Positions 11,202 through 24,426 of a stretch of 64,000 bases of DNA are shown here, piece by piece. The translations under genes and the position numbers were made by a program. The notes under the pieces were generated by a model, which made no database searches, was not told where the DNA came from, and saw only the letters and a program-made list of their open reading frames with translations. The stretch is from NCBI GenBank assembly GCA_046563655.1, contig CM102286.1, forward strand, positions 8,680,001 to 8,744,000. The letters are read 5' to 3'. Numbering within the stretch: the first letter of the stretch is position 1; the number at the start of each line of letters is the position of its first letter. The DNA is from Yuukianura sp. NJ FZ-2021 (Eukaryota).

Positions 11202-12511
11202 GGCTGGGGTTTGGGTTTTTTCTCATAGTGGAGCAGTGTATTATGTCGTTTTTGACATTTTGCACATTTAAATTTTGAATTACACTTGCTCTCACCGTGA
11301 CCAGCCCTGAGACAACAGAAACATAAATTTTTAGACTTTACAAATTTCTCACGTTCGTCGACTGCCATGGAGTTGAATTGTTCACATTTGAACAGTGAAT
11401 GTTCTCCTCCGCATTTTGGACATGCGACTTTATAGGACGATTGATGTGACTTTTTCTCAGTGGGTTTGTCTGCCGTCTTTTTCTCACTGTGACCCGATTT
11501 TTCTGAGCCAACATTTAACCCACGAAGGTGATCTTCCAGAAAGTCCTTGACCTCGCTAAATTTTGGCATCTGCGTACCTTTGAAATGGCGGGTCCACTCA
11601 CGTTTTGTTTCAACCGAAACTTTTTCTAAAATCAAAAAAATCAGAAAAGAGTCCCACTTGTCCACAGGCTCCTTCAACACCTGAAGTGACCTGATGGACT
11701 GATTAAAAACATCAAGCAACTTCCGTAGTGCTTGTGCGGACTCATTAGCAATTGGTTTGAAATTCACAATATTTTTCAAAAATGAAAATATGATTTGGCG
11801 CGGGTTTTCATACCGCTCTTTGAGGCTGTCCCATGCCTCTTCAAAAGTCCCATTGCTCAAATCGAAGTACTTGAGCGCTTCTTCAGCCTCACCCTTCAGC
11901 GTAGACTGGAAATATCCCAGCTTCTGGCTTCCAGTCAAGTCAGGATTATTGACAATGTAAGTCAAAATTTAATCCTTGTAGGACAGCCAGTCTCCGTATT
12001 TGCCATTGAAAGTTGGAAGTTCCAGCTTCGGCATGTTCACTTTCATTTTTCCAGATGTTGAGCCTCCACTAACCTGGGACTCAAAAGAAATCAATCTTAG
12101 ATTTATTGCATCCAGAAACTTATCACACACATTCAATTCCGCAGCCTGCGCGCGTATTTGCGTTTCGTCGTCGCAGTTCATGTACACATCGCTGCGCAAT
12201 TCACTTAGCCTTGTTTCGAAACCCTCAAGTTTCTTTCGTTCCATCGCCATCCTGGGCTTGGATACAAGGGTGGGAGTTGTGCTGTACTCCTCCACTTTTT
12301 GCTGAAAATACTGGAGGTCAAAGTTGAAACCTCTAATGGCCTTTACCATTCTCTGCATGTTTTCAGACTCCACACTTGGTAGTGACACGCTCAGCATTGA
12401 TTTCGAGCCAGTCGGCTTGACCTGACCTTGACCTTTTGCTGCAGCCACCTTACTCTCTTGTTCTTGGTCAGACATGGCCAAAGACGATTCTTTGGCTTTC
12501 TTCCTGGTCAA
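11135..12511 (-). pseudogene. BEL/Pao gag, with an in-frame stop at 11969-11971
   Basis: PKLELPTFNG, LKGEA, LKERY, then CPKC..HSLFKC, CFCCLRAGH..C and CAKC..HNTLLH knuckles. The two ORFs share a frame and are separated by one TAA. Confidence 0.92.
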
Positions 12512-12787
12512 CAGTTTGTCAACTTTGATTAATTTTACTCAAAAAGAGCCACACACGATAAGTTAGACAATTACTGTTGCCACACACACATATGTCATGA
12601 CCGAAGACTCAAGATTACACAAATATACAATGACACAATGATTAATTCATTAACACATTTGTTCAATTGACACCTTTGAACTCACCTAAGTTAACTGTTA
12701 CGTTAGTTAACGATTACCAAAATACCGCATGCTTCATCCTTTGATGATCAGTTGGTTGTCGTTCGTTGTCCTGACGAAAACCAGTCG

Positions 12788-12797
12788 TTCGGCACCA
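12788..12797 (-). other. Primer-binding site, probably tRNA-Phe
   Basis: TGGTGCCGAA directly after the 5' LTR on the minus strand, complementary to the 3' end of animal tRNA-Phe (UUCGGCACCA). Confidence 0.75.
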
Positions 12798-13082
12798 TGA
12801 AGTGAATTGGATGGTAGAGCGGATGTTGGTTTTTTGTATTTTATTATAAAACGTTAATGCTTTAAATTATTTACATTTTATTGATTATTTTAATTAATAA
12901 TCGAAAAGTGCAGACCATGCTGCTTGGAATAGAGAATTGAAGTGAAGAGGGCAGTTTCGCTGCTCATCTTCTTTTCACACTTTTTACACACTTTTTCTTA
13001 ATTGCTATACACTATATCAAACACTTTTCGACAATTTGAAAGTGGCGCTTCCCATTTGAGAAGCGTCTCAAATGCCAAAACA
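12798..13082 (-). repeat. 5' LTR of BEL/Pao element
   Basis: Direct repeat of 3540-3824, adjacent to the PBS. Confidence 0.97.
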
Positions 13083-14585
13083 ATGCATGTCAGTTAAGAT
13101 GAATAAAAAGGCAGTTAATTAACATTCTTAATTGCGACGCTCTACAAAGAATTCTGACGGTGGCAACATCTCCTTTCATGTCACTTGTACCTTGTTATGA
13201 ATAGCAGTGGACCTGATACAGCTTTTGTGTAACGGTTTATCGCAGCCTAAGATTTCGTTCAAAAAAATATTTCTCCACATGTATGAAACGGCATATCATC
13301 AAAGTTCTCCACACGACATTTGGCAGCAGCAAGGAATATGTAATATTTTACTTGCTAACAACACTCTCTTGTTTCCACTTTATGTCGATAGCAGTTCAAA
13401 TCTACGGCGTAAGTTGGGCTTCGTAATTTTTTCTTACTTAAATTTTGTGCTTAAAATGCATGTCAGTTAAGATGAATAAAAAGGCAGTTAATTAACATTC
13501 TTAATTACGACTCTCTACAAAGAATTCTGACGGTGGCAACATCTCCTTTCATGTCACTTGTACCTTGTTATGAATAGCAGTGGACCTGATACAGCTTTTG
13601 TGTAACGGTTTATCGCAGCCTAAGATTTCGTTCAAAAAAATATTTCTCCACATGCATGAAACGGCATATCATCAAAGTTCTCCACACGACATTTGGCAGC
13701 AGCAAGGAATATGTAATATTTTACTTGCTAACAACACTCTCTTGTTTCCACTTTATTTCGATAGCAGTTCAAATCTACGGCGTAAGTTGGGCTTCGTAAT
13801 TTTTTCTTACTTAAATTTTGTGCTTAAAATGCATGTCAGTTAAGATGAATAAAAAGGCAGTTAATTAACATTCTTAATTGCGACTCTCTACAAAGAATTC
13901 TGACGGTGGCAACATCTCCTTTCATGTCACTTGTACCTTGTTATGAATAGCAGTGGACCTGATACAGCTTTTGTGTAACGGTTTATCGCAGCCTAAGATT
14001 TCGTTCAAAAAAATATTTCTCCACATGTATGAAACGGCATATCATCAAAGTTCTCCACACGACATTTGGCAGCAGCAAGGAATATGTAATATTTTACTTG
14101 CTAACAACACTCTCTTGTTTCCACTTTATTTCGATAGCAGTTCAAATCTACGGCGTAAGTTGGGCTTCGTAATTTTTTCTTACTTAAATTTTGTGCTTAA
14201 AATGCATGTCAGTTAAGATGAATAAAAAGGCAGTTAATTAACATTCTTAATTGCGACGCTCTACAAAGAATTCTGACGGTGGCAACATCTCCTTTCATGT
14301 CACTTGTACCTTGTTATGAATAGCAGTGGACCTGATACAGCTTTTGTGTAACGGTTTATCGCAGCCTAAGATTTCGTTCAAAAAAATATTTCTCCACATG
14401 TATGAAACGGCATATCATCAAAGTTCTCCACACGACATTTGGCAGCAGCAAGGAATATGTAATATTTTACTTGCTAACAACACTCTCTTGTTTCCACTTT
14501 ATTTCGATAGCAGTTCAAATCTACGGCGTAAGTTGGGCTTCGTAATTTTTTCTTACTTAAATTTTGTGCTTAAAATGCATGTCAG

Positions 14586-15205
14586 TATGAGGAGGTAGGG
14601 TCCTCACGGGCCGCCACAAAGGGCACCCGGAATGAGAGGTCAATGGACGGGTCACGGGAGTGACCCGGAACAATAAATCCGACGTGGAATGGGCGGATAA
14701 TGGGAAACAAAAGGATCTTACGTTTATTTTGAAAGAATCAATGAAAAAACGAAAAAAAGAACCAAATGGTAGTGTGCAGTGGTTGGTGGGTCTTGTCCAG
14801 TGCTTTGTGGGTCTTGTCCAGTGCTTGGTGGGTCTTGTCCAGTGCTTGGTGGGTCTTGTCCAGAGCGGCGTGGCAGCCAAAAATGGCGGACGGAAAAGTT
14901 GGAGTGGAGAGACGTGGATCCGGACTGGACAACTGGCAGCCGAAGACTGAAGAAGAAGTGGGAAGTGGGATTCTGCCTGTTCACAGGCAGAAAGTTCTCG
15001 AATGTTCTGGAAGGTGGTTTGGGGGATTCGGCGATGGGGGAAACACACGGCGGAGTGGGAAAAACGCCTTGTCATGTTCCTTTGCAGGAGCATGGCAAGG
15101 GCTAGCGGGGGAAAATACAGGACTTGGGGTGGAGTCTTGGTTTCATAAGAAACCAAGACTAAAAAGAAATGATTTTCGGACGGGAGAGGGAGTAACCTCC
15201 TCACA
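14586..15205 (-). mobile_element. ~620-bp solo-LTR-like element (Gypsy-like), copy 1
   Basis: 4-bp TSD TCAG; termini TATGAGGAGGT...ACCTCCTCACA (minus strand TGT...ATA); minus-strand AATAAA at ~14723-14728; four internal 21-bp tandem repeats (GTGGGTCTTGTCCAGTGCTTG); no credible ORF. Confidence 0.75.
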
Positions 15206-18200
15206 TCAGTTAAGATGAATAAAAAGGCAGTTAATTAACATTCTTAATTGCGACGCTCTACAAAGAATTCTGACGGTGGCAACATCTCCTTTCATGTCAC
15301 TTGTACCTTGTTATGAATAGCAGTGGACCTGATACAGCTTTTGTGTAACGGTTTATCGCAGCCTAAGATTTCGTTCAAAAAAATATTTCTCCACATGTAT
15401 GAAACGGCATATCATCAAAGTTCTCCACACGACATTTGGCAGCAGCAAGGAATATGTAATATTTTACTTGCTAACAACACTCTCTTGTTTCCACTTTATT
15501 TCGATAGCAGTTCAAATCTACGGCGTAAGTTGGGCTTCGTAATTTTTTCTTACTTAAATTTTGTGCTTAAAATGCATGTCAGTTAAGATGAATAAAAAGG
15601 CAGTTAATTAACATTCTTAATTGCGACTCTCTACAAAGAATTCTGACGGTGGCAACATCTCCTTTCATGTCACTTGTACCTTGTTATGAATAGCAGTGGA
15701 CCTGATACAGCTTTTGTGTAACGGTTTATCGCAGCCTAAGATTTCGTTCAAAAAAATATTTCTCCACATGTATGAAACGGCATATCATCAAAGTTCTCCA
15801 CACGACATTTGGCAGCAGCAAGGAATATGTAATATTTTACTTGCTAACAACACTCTCTTGTTTCCATTTTATTTCGATAGCAGTTCAAATCTACGGCGTA
15901 AGTTGGGCTTCGTAATTTTTTCTTACTTAAATTTTGTGCTTAAAATGCATGTCAGTTAAGATGAATAAAAAGGCAGTTAATTAACATTCTTAATTGCGAC
16001 TCTCTACAAAGAATTCTGACGGTGGCAACATCTCCTTTCATGTCACTTGTACCTTGTTATGAATAGCAGTGGACCTGATACAGCTTTTGTGTAACGGTTT
16101 ATCGCAGCCTAAGATTTCGTTCAAAAAATATTTCTCCACATGTATGAAACGGCATATCATCAAAGTTCTCCACACGACATTTGGCAGCAGCAAGGAATAT
16201 GTAATATTTTACTTGCTAACAACACTCTCTTGTTTCCACTTTATTTCGATAGCAGTTCAAATCTACGGCGTAAGTTGGGCTTCGTAATTTTTTCTTACTT
16301 AAATTTTGTGCTTAAAATGCATGTCAGTTAAGATGAATAAAAAGGCAGTTAATTAACATTCTTAATTGCGACTCTCTACAAAGAATTCTGACGGTGGCAA
16401 CATCTCCTTTCATGTCACTTGTACCTTGTTATGAATAGCAGTGGACCTGATACAGCTTTTGTGTAACGGTTTATCGCAGCCTAAGATTTCGTTCAAAAAA
16501 ATATTTCTCCACATGTATGAAACGGCATATCATCAAAGTTCTCCACACGACATTTGGCAGCAGCAAGGAATATGTAATATTTTACTTGCTAACAACACTC
16601 TCTTGTTTCCACTTTATTTCGATAGCAGTTCAAATCTACGGCGTAAGTTGGGCTTCGTAATTTTTTCTTACTTAAATTTTGTGCTTAAAATGCATGTCAG
16701 TTAAGATGAATAAAAAGGCAGTTAATTAACATTCTTAATTGCGACGCTCTACAAAGAATTCTGACGGTGGCAACATCTCCTTTCATGTCACTTGTACCTT
16801 GTTATGAATAGCAGTGGACCTGATACAGCTTTTGTGTAACGGTTTATCGCAGCCTAAGATTTCGTTCAAAAAAATATTTCTCCACATGTATGAAACGGCA
16901 TATCATCAAAGTTCTCCACACGACATTTGGCAGCAGCAAGGAATATGTAATATTTTACTTGCTAACAACACTCTCTTGTTTCCACTTTATTTCGATAGCA
17001 GTTCAAATCTACGGCGTAAGTTGGGCTTCGTAATTTTTTCTTACTTAAATTTTGTGCTTAAAATGCATGTCAGTTAAGATGAATAAAAAGGCAGTTAATT
17101 AACATTCTTAATTACGACTCTCTACAAAGAATTCTGACGGTGGCAACATCTCCTTTCATGTCACTTGTACCTTGTTATGAATAGCAGTGGACCTGATACA
17201 GCTTTTGTGTAACGGTTTATCGCAGCCTAAGATTTCGTTCAAAAAAATATTTCTCCACATGTATGAAACGGCATATCATCAAAGTTCTCCACACGACATT
17301 TGGCAGCAGCAAGGAATATGTAATATTTTACTTGCTAACAACACTCTCTTGTTTCCACTTTATTTCGATAGCAGTTCAAATCTACGGCGTAAGTTGGGCT
17401 TCGTAATTTTTTCTTACTTAAATTTTGTGCTTAAAATGCATGTCAGTTAAGATGAATAAAAAGGCAGTTAATTAACATTCTTAATTGCGACTCTCTACAA
17501 AGAATTCTGACGGTGGCAACATCTCCTTTCATGTCACTTGTACCTTGTTATGAATAGCAGTGGACCTGATACAGCTTTTGTGTAACGGTTTATCGCAGCC
17601 TAAGATTTCGTTCAAAAAAATATTTCTCCACATGTATGAAACGGCATATCATCAAAGTTCTCCACACGACATTTGGCAGCAGCAAGGAATATGTAATATT
17701 TTACATGCTAACAACACTCTCTTGTTTCCACTTTATTTCGATAGCAGTTCAAATCTACGGCGTAAGTTGGGCTTCGTAATTTTTTCTTACTTAAATTTTG
17801 TGCTTAAAATGCATGTCAGTTAAGATGAATAAAAAGGCAGTTAATTAACATTCTTAATTGCGACGCTCTACAAAGAATTCTGACGGTGGCAACATCTCCT
17901 TTCATGTCACTTGTACCTTGTTATGAATAGCAGTGGACCTGATACAGCTTTTGTGTAACGGTTTATCGCAGCCTAAGATTTCGTTCAAAAAAATATTTCT
18001 CCACATGTATGAAACGGCATATCATCAAAGTTCTCCACACGACATTTGGCAGCAGCAAGGAATATGTAATATTTTACTTGCTAACAACACTCTCTTGTTT
18101 CCACTTTATTTCGATAGCAGTTCAAATCTACGGCGTAAGTTGGGCTTCGTAATTTTTTCTTACTTAAATTTTGTGCTTAAAATGCATGTCAGTTAAGATG

Positions 18201-19683
18201 AATAAAAAGGCAGTTAATTAACATTCTTAATTGCGACTCTCTACAAAGAATTCTGACGGTGGCAACATCTCCTTTCATGTCACTTGTACCTTGTTATGAA
18301 TAGCAGTGGACCTGATACAGCTTTTGTGTAACGGTTTATCGCAGCCTAAGATTTCGTTCAAAAAATATTTCTCCACATGTATGAAACGGCATATCATCAA
18401 AGTTCTCCACACGACATTTGGCAGCAGCAAGGAATATGTAATATTTTACTTGCTAACAACACTCTCTTGTTTCCATTTTATTTCGATAGCAGTTCAAATC
18501 TACGGCGTAAGTTGGGCTTCGTAATTTTTTCTTACTTAAATTTTGTGCTTAAAATGCATGTCAGTTAAGATGAATAAAAAGGCAGTTAATTAACATTCTT
18601 AATTGCGACTCTCTACAAAGAATTCTGACGGTGGCAACATCTCCTTTCATGTCACTTGTACCTTGTTATGAATAGCAGTGGACCTGATACAGCTTTTGTG
18701 TAACGGTTTATCGCAGCCTAAGATTTCGTTCAAAAAAATATTTCTCCACATGTATGAAACGGCATATCATCAAAGTTCTCCACACGACATTTGGCAGCAG
18801 CAAGGAATATGTAATATTTTACTTGCTAACAACACTCTCTTGTTTCCACTTTATTTCGATAGCAGTTCAAATCTACGGCGTAAGTTGGGCTTCGTAATTT
18901 TTTCTTACTTAAATTTTGTGCTTAAAATGCATGTCAGTTAAGATGAATAAAAAGGCAGTTAATTAACATTCTTAATTGCGACTCTCTACAAAGAATTCTG
19001 ACGGTGGCAACATCTCCTTTCATGTCACTTGTACCTTGTTATGAATAGCAGTGGACCTGATACAGCTTTTGTGTAACGGTTTATCGCAGCCTAAGATTTC
19101 GTTCAAAAAAATATTTCTCCACATGTATGAAACGGCATATCATCAAAGTTCTCCACACGACATTTGGCAGCAGCAAGGAATATGTAATATTTTACTTGCT
19201 AACAACACTCTCTTGTTTCCACTTTATTTCGATAGCAGTTCAAATCTACGGCGTAAGTTGGGCTTCGTAATTTTTTCTTACTTAAATTTTGTGCTTAAAA
19301 TGCATGTCAGTTAAGATGAATAAAAAGGCAGTTAATTAACATTCTTAATTGCGACGCTCTACAAAGAATTCTGACGGTGGCAACATCTCCTTTCATGTCA
19401 CTTGTACCTTGTTATGAATAGCAGTGGACCTGATACAGCTTTTGTGTAACGGTTTATCGCAGCCTAAGATTTCGTTCAAAAAAATATTTCTCCACATGTA
19501 TGAAACGGCATATCATCAAAGTTCTCCACACGACATTTGGCAGCAGCAAGGAATATGTAATATTTTACTTGCTAACAACACTCTCTTGTTTCCACTTTAT
19601 TTCGATAGCAGTTCAAATCTACGGCGTAAGTTGGGCTTCGTAATTTTTTCTTACTTAAATTTTGTGCTTAAAATGCATGTCAG

Positions 19684-20301
19684 TATGAGGAGGTAGGGTC
19701 CTCACGGGCCGCCACAAAGGGCACCCGGAATGAGAGGTCAATGGACGGGTCACGGGAGTGACCCGGAACAATAAATCCGACGTGGAATGGGCGGATAATG
19801 GGAAACAAAAGGATCTTACGTTTATTTTGAAAGAATCAATGAAAAAACGAAAAAAAGAACCAAATGGTAGTGTGCAGTGGTTGGTGGGTCTTGTCCAGTG
19901 CTTTGTGGGTCTTGTCCAGTGCTTGGTGGGTCTTGTCCAGTGCTTGGTGGGTCTTGTCCAGAGCGGCGTGGCAGCCAAAAATGGCGGACGGAAAAGTTGG
20001 AGTGGAGAGACGTGGATCCGGACTGGACAACTGGCAGCCGAAGACTGAAGAAGAAGTGGGAAGTGGGATTCTGCCTGTTCACAGGCAGAAAGTTCTCGAA
20101 TGTTCTGGAAGGTGGTTTGGGGGATTCGGCGATGGGGAAACACACGGCGGAGTGGGAAAAACGCCTTGTCATGTTCCTTTGCAGGAGCATGGCAAGGGCT
20201 AGCGGGGAAAATACAGGACTTGGGGTGGAGTCTTGGTTTCATAAGAAACCAAGACTAAAAAGAAATGATTTTCGGACGGGAGAGGGAGTAACCTCCTCAC
20301 A
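19684..20301 (-). mobile_element. Solo-LTR-like element, copy 2
   Basis: Near-identical to copy 1, with the same TCAG TSD and monomer position. Confidence 0.75.
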
Positions 20302-20678
20302 TCAGTTAAGATGAATAAAAAGGCAGTTAATTAACATTCTTAATTGCGACGCTCTACAAAGAATTCTGACGGTGGCAACATCTCCTTTCATGTCACTTGT
20401 ACCTTGTTATGAATAGCAGTGGACCTGATACAGCTTTTGTGTAACGGTTTATCGCAGCCTAAGATTTCGTTCAAAAAAATATTTCTCCACATGTATGAAA
20501 CGGCATATCATCAAAGTTCTCCACACGACATTTGGCAGCAGCAAGGAATATGTAATATTTTACTTGCTAACAACACTCTCTTGTTTCCACTTTATTTCGA
20601 TAGCAGTTCAAATCTACGGCGTAAGTTGGGCTTCGTAATTTTTTCTTACTTAAATTTTGTGCTTAAAATGCATGTCAG

Positions 20679-21297
20679 TATGAGGAGGTAGGGTCCTCAC
20701 GGGCCGCCACAAAGGGCACCCGGAATGAGAGGTCAATGGACGGGTCACGGGAGTGACCCGGAACAATAAATCCGACGTGGAATGGGCGGATAATGGGAAA
20801 CAAAAGGATCTTACGTTTATGTTTAAAGAATCAATAAAAAAAACGAAAAAAGAACCAAATGGTAGTGTGTAGTGATTGGTGGGTCTTGTCCAGTGCTTTG
20901 TGGGTCTTGTCCAGTGCTTGGTGGGTCTTGTCCAGTGCTTGGTGGGTCTTGTCCAGAGCGGCGTGGCAGCCAAAAATGGCGGACGGAAAAGTTGGAGTGG
21001 AGAGACGTGGATCCGGACTGGACAACTGGCAGCCGAAGACTGAAGAAGAAGTGGGAAGTGGGATTCTGCCTGTTCACAGGCAGAAAGTTCTCGAATGTTC
21101 TGGAAGGTGGTTTGGGGGATTCGGCGATGGGGGAAACACACGGCGGAGTGGGAAAAACGCCTTGTCATGTTCCTTTGCAGGAGAATGGCAAGGGCTAGCG
21201 GGGAAAATACAGGACTTGGGGTGGAGTCTTGGTTTCATAAGAAACCAAGACTAAAAAGAAATGATTTTCGGACGGGAGAGGGAGTAACCTCCTCACA
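20679..21297 (-). mobile_element. Solo-LTR-like element, copy 3 (variant)
   Basis: Same termini and TSD, with clustered differences at ~20821-20877. Confidence 0.75.
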
Positions 21298-22420
21298 TCA
21301 GTTAAGATGAATAAAAAGGCAGTTAATTAACATTCTTAATTGCGACGCTCTACAAAGAATTCTGACGGTGGCAACATCTCCTTTCATGTCACTTGTACCT
21401 TGTTATGAATAGCAGTGGACCTGATACAGCTTTTGTGTAACGGTTTATCGCAGCCTAAGATTTCGTTCAAAAAAATATTTCTCCACATGTATGAAACGGC
21501 ATATCATCAAAGTTCTCCACACGACATTTGGCAGCAGCAAGGAATATGTAATATTTTACTTGCTAACAACACTCTCTTGTTTCCACTTTATTTCGATAGC
21601 AGTTCAAATCTACGGCGTAAGTTGGGCTTCGTAATTTTTTCTTACTTAAATTTTGTGCTTAAAATGCATGTCAGTTAAGATGAATAAAAAGGCAGTTAAT
21701 TAACATTCTTAATTGCGACTCTCTACAAAGAATTCTGACGGTGGCAACATCTCCTTTCATGTCACTTGTACCTTGTTATGAATAGCAGTGGACCTGATAC
21801 AGCTTTTGTGTAACGGTTTATCGCAGCCTAAGATTTCGTTCAAAAAAATATTTCTCCACATGTATGAAACGGCATATCATCAAAGTTCTCCACACGACAT
21901 TTGGCAGCAGCAAGGAATATGTAATATTTTACTTGCTAACAACACTCTCTTGTTTCCACTTTATTTCGATAGCAGTTCAAATCTACGGCGTAAGTTGGGC
22001 TTCGTAATTTTTTCTTACTTAAATTTTGTGCTTAAAATGCATGTCAGTTAAGATGAATAAAAAGGCAGTTAATTAACATTCTTAATTGCGACGCTCTACA
22101 AAGAATTCTGACGGTGGCAACATCTCCTTTCATGTCACTTGTACCTTGTTATGAATAGCAGTGGACCTGATACAGCTTTTGTGTAACGGTTTATCGCAGC
22201 CTAAGATTTCGTTCAAAAAAATATTTCTCCACATGTATGAAACGGCATATCATCAAAGTTCTCCACACGACATTTGGCAGCAGCAAGGAATATGTAATAT
22301 TTTACTTGCTAACAACACTCTCTTGTTTCCACTTTATTTCGATAGCAGTTCAAATCTACGGCGTAAGTTGGGCTTCGTAATTTTTTCTTACTTAAATTTT
22401 GTGCTTAAAATGCATGTCAG

Positions 22421-23038
22421 TATGAGGAGGTAGGGTCCTCACGGGCCGCCACAAAGGGCACCCGGAATGAGAGGTCAATGGACGGGTCACGGGAGTGACC
22501 CGGAACAATAAATCCGACGTGGAATGGGCGGATAATGGGAAACAAAAGGATCTTACGTTTATTTTGAAAGAATCAATGAAAAAACGAAAAAAAGAACCAA
22601 ATGGTAGTGTGCAGTGGTTGGTGGGTCTTGTCCAGTGCTTTGTGGGTCTTGTCCAGTGCTTGGTGGGTCTTGTCCAGTGCTTGGTGGGTCTTGTCCAGAG
22701 CGGCGTGGCAGCCAAAAATGGCGGACGGAAAAGTTGGAGTGGAGAGACGTGGATCCGGACTGGACAACTGGCAGCCGAAGACTGAAGAAGAAGTGGGAAG
22801 TGGGATTCTGCCTGTTCACAGGCAGAAAGTTCTCGAATGTTCTGGAAGGTGGTTTGGGGGATTCGGCGATGGGGGAAACACACGGCGGAGTGGGAAAAAC
22901 GCCTTGTCATGTTCCTTTGCAGGAGCATGGCAAGGGCTAGTGGGAAAATACAGGACTTGGGGTGGAGTCTTGGTTTCATAAGAAACCAAGACTAAAAAGA
23001 AATGATTTTCGGACGGGAGAGGGAGTAACCTCCTCACA
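22421..23038 (-). mobile_element. Solo-LTR-like element, copy 4
   Basis: Near-identical to copy 1, with the same TCAG TSD. Confidence 0.75.
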
Positions 23039-23332
23039 TCAGTTAAGATGAATAAAAAGGCAGTTAATTAACATTCTTAATTGCGACGCTCTACAAAGAA
23101 TTCTGACGGTGGCAACATCTCCTTTCATGTCACTTGTACCTTGTTATGAATAGCAGTGGACCTGATACAGCTTTTGTGTAACGGTTTATCGCAGCCTAAG
23201 ATTTCGTTCAAAAAAATATTTCTCCACATGTATGAAACGGCATATCATCAAAGTTCTCCACACGACATTTGGCAGCAGCAAGGAATATGTAATATTTTAC
23301 TTGCTAACAACACTCTCTTGTTTCCACTTTAT

Positions 23333-24426
23333 TATAATAGCGAAGCTATTATGATAAAAGAGGTTTGTCTGTCTGTCTGTCTGTCCGTCTGTCTGTCCGT
23401 CTGTCTGTCCAGATTAATTATCTCAGAAACTACTCGTCCGATTTGATTCCGGTTTTCACCAGTGACCATGTCATGAGCCGGGCTTGGTCACTATTGAATA
23501 TGACCCCCGGGTGTCAACTCCTTCCGGGTCAAAGGTCAAGGTCAACCGGTTTTATCCCTGGTAACTGGGAAAATGACCTCTACAAAAGTTGTTCATCTCA
23601 TCGAGGGGAACAACTTTTGTGTGTAATGTGTGACCCTAGGTCACCTGCTTCCGGGTCAAAATCGATTTCAAAGGTCATTTGTAATGCAAGTGTGTGTAAC
23701 AAAAACTCTGCTTGTGAGACTGGAAAGGCAATTGGCATGGGACTTGGTTCTCTGCTTAGCAAAAAATCTATTACGCAGTTGACATATACACTTTACACAC
23801 TCATGCACTGTGTCCACCGGGTGTCACCTGTCACTTGCCGGGTGTCACCTGTCACCTGTTAATTGCCGGGTGTCACCTGTCACATACCAGGTGTCACCTG
23901 GCAGTTGCCGGGTGTCACCTGTCACCTGTCACTTGCCGGGTGTCACCTGTTAACTGCCGGGTGTCACCTGTCACATTCCGGGTGTCACCTGTCACTTGCC
24001 GGATGTCACCTGTCACCTGTCACTTGCCGGGTGTCACCTGTCACGTGCCGCGTGTCACCTGTCACATTCACGTGTCACTTGCCGCGTGTCACCTGTCACC
24101 CTCACGTGTCACTTGCCGGGTGTCACCTGTCACGTCTCACCTGTCACCTGTCACGCCTCAGCTGTCACGTCTCACCTGTCACCTGTCACGCCTCAGCTGT
24201 CACGTCTCACCTGTCAACACCCCCTGGGGGGGCGGGAAAGTGGGGGAACACACCCCCACGCTTTCTGGGGTGCGGAGCAAAAAAGCGGGAAAACACATCC
24301 CCACTCCCCCGGCGGGGCGGGAAAGTTGGGGGAACACACCCCCGCTTTCTTGGAGGGGGGGCTTCAGTGTGATTAACAAAACTGCCCTATTCTTCGCTAT
24401 TATCATTATGGGCGGTTTACAACCGG
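23333..24426 (+). mobile_element. DINE-1/HINE-like non-autonomous Helentron (ends ambiguous by ~5 bp)
   Basis: 5' subterminal IR ATAATAGCGAAG within a palindrome, (GTCY)n microsatellite, central tandem repeats, 3' subTIR CTTCGCTATTAT followed by hairpin CGGTT-TAC-AACCG, and a T-rich insertion site. Confidence 0.8.
23815..24217. repeat. Minisatellite of TGTCACC / GCCGGGTGTCACCTGTCACTT units inside the Helentron-like element
   Basis: Degenerate 7/21/28-bp tandem units. Confidence 0.92.

Larger units (their letters stand above)
3540..13082 (-). mobile_element. Full-length BEL/Pao LTR retrotransposon, interrupted by a Harbinger element
   Basis: Two 285-bp TG...CA LTRs, 5-bp TSD ATGCA (3535-3539 and 13083-13087), PBS and PPT. 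Gag has three Cys/His knuckles, and pol order is PR-RT-RNaseH-IN. Confidence 0.97.

Noticed and set aside
7977..12327. Short plus-strand ORFs opposite BEL gag-pol (likewise opposite the LINE and Kolobok ORFs)
   Set aside because: They are antisense shadows of long coding frames with no motifs of their own.
14557..15218. Overlapping ORFs in the 620-bp element and its copies
   Set aside because: They arise from 21-bp stop-free repeats, are open in many frames, and differ by frameshifts between copies.
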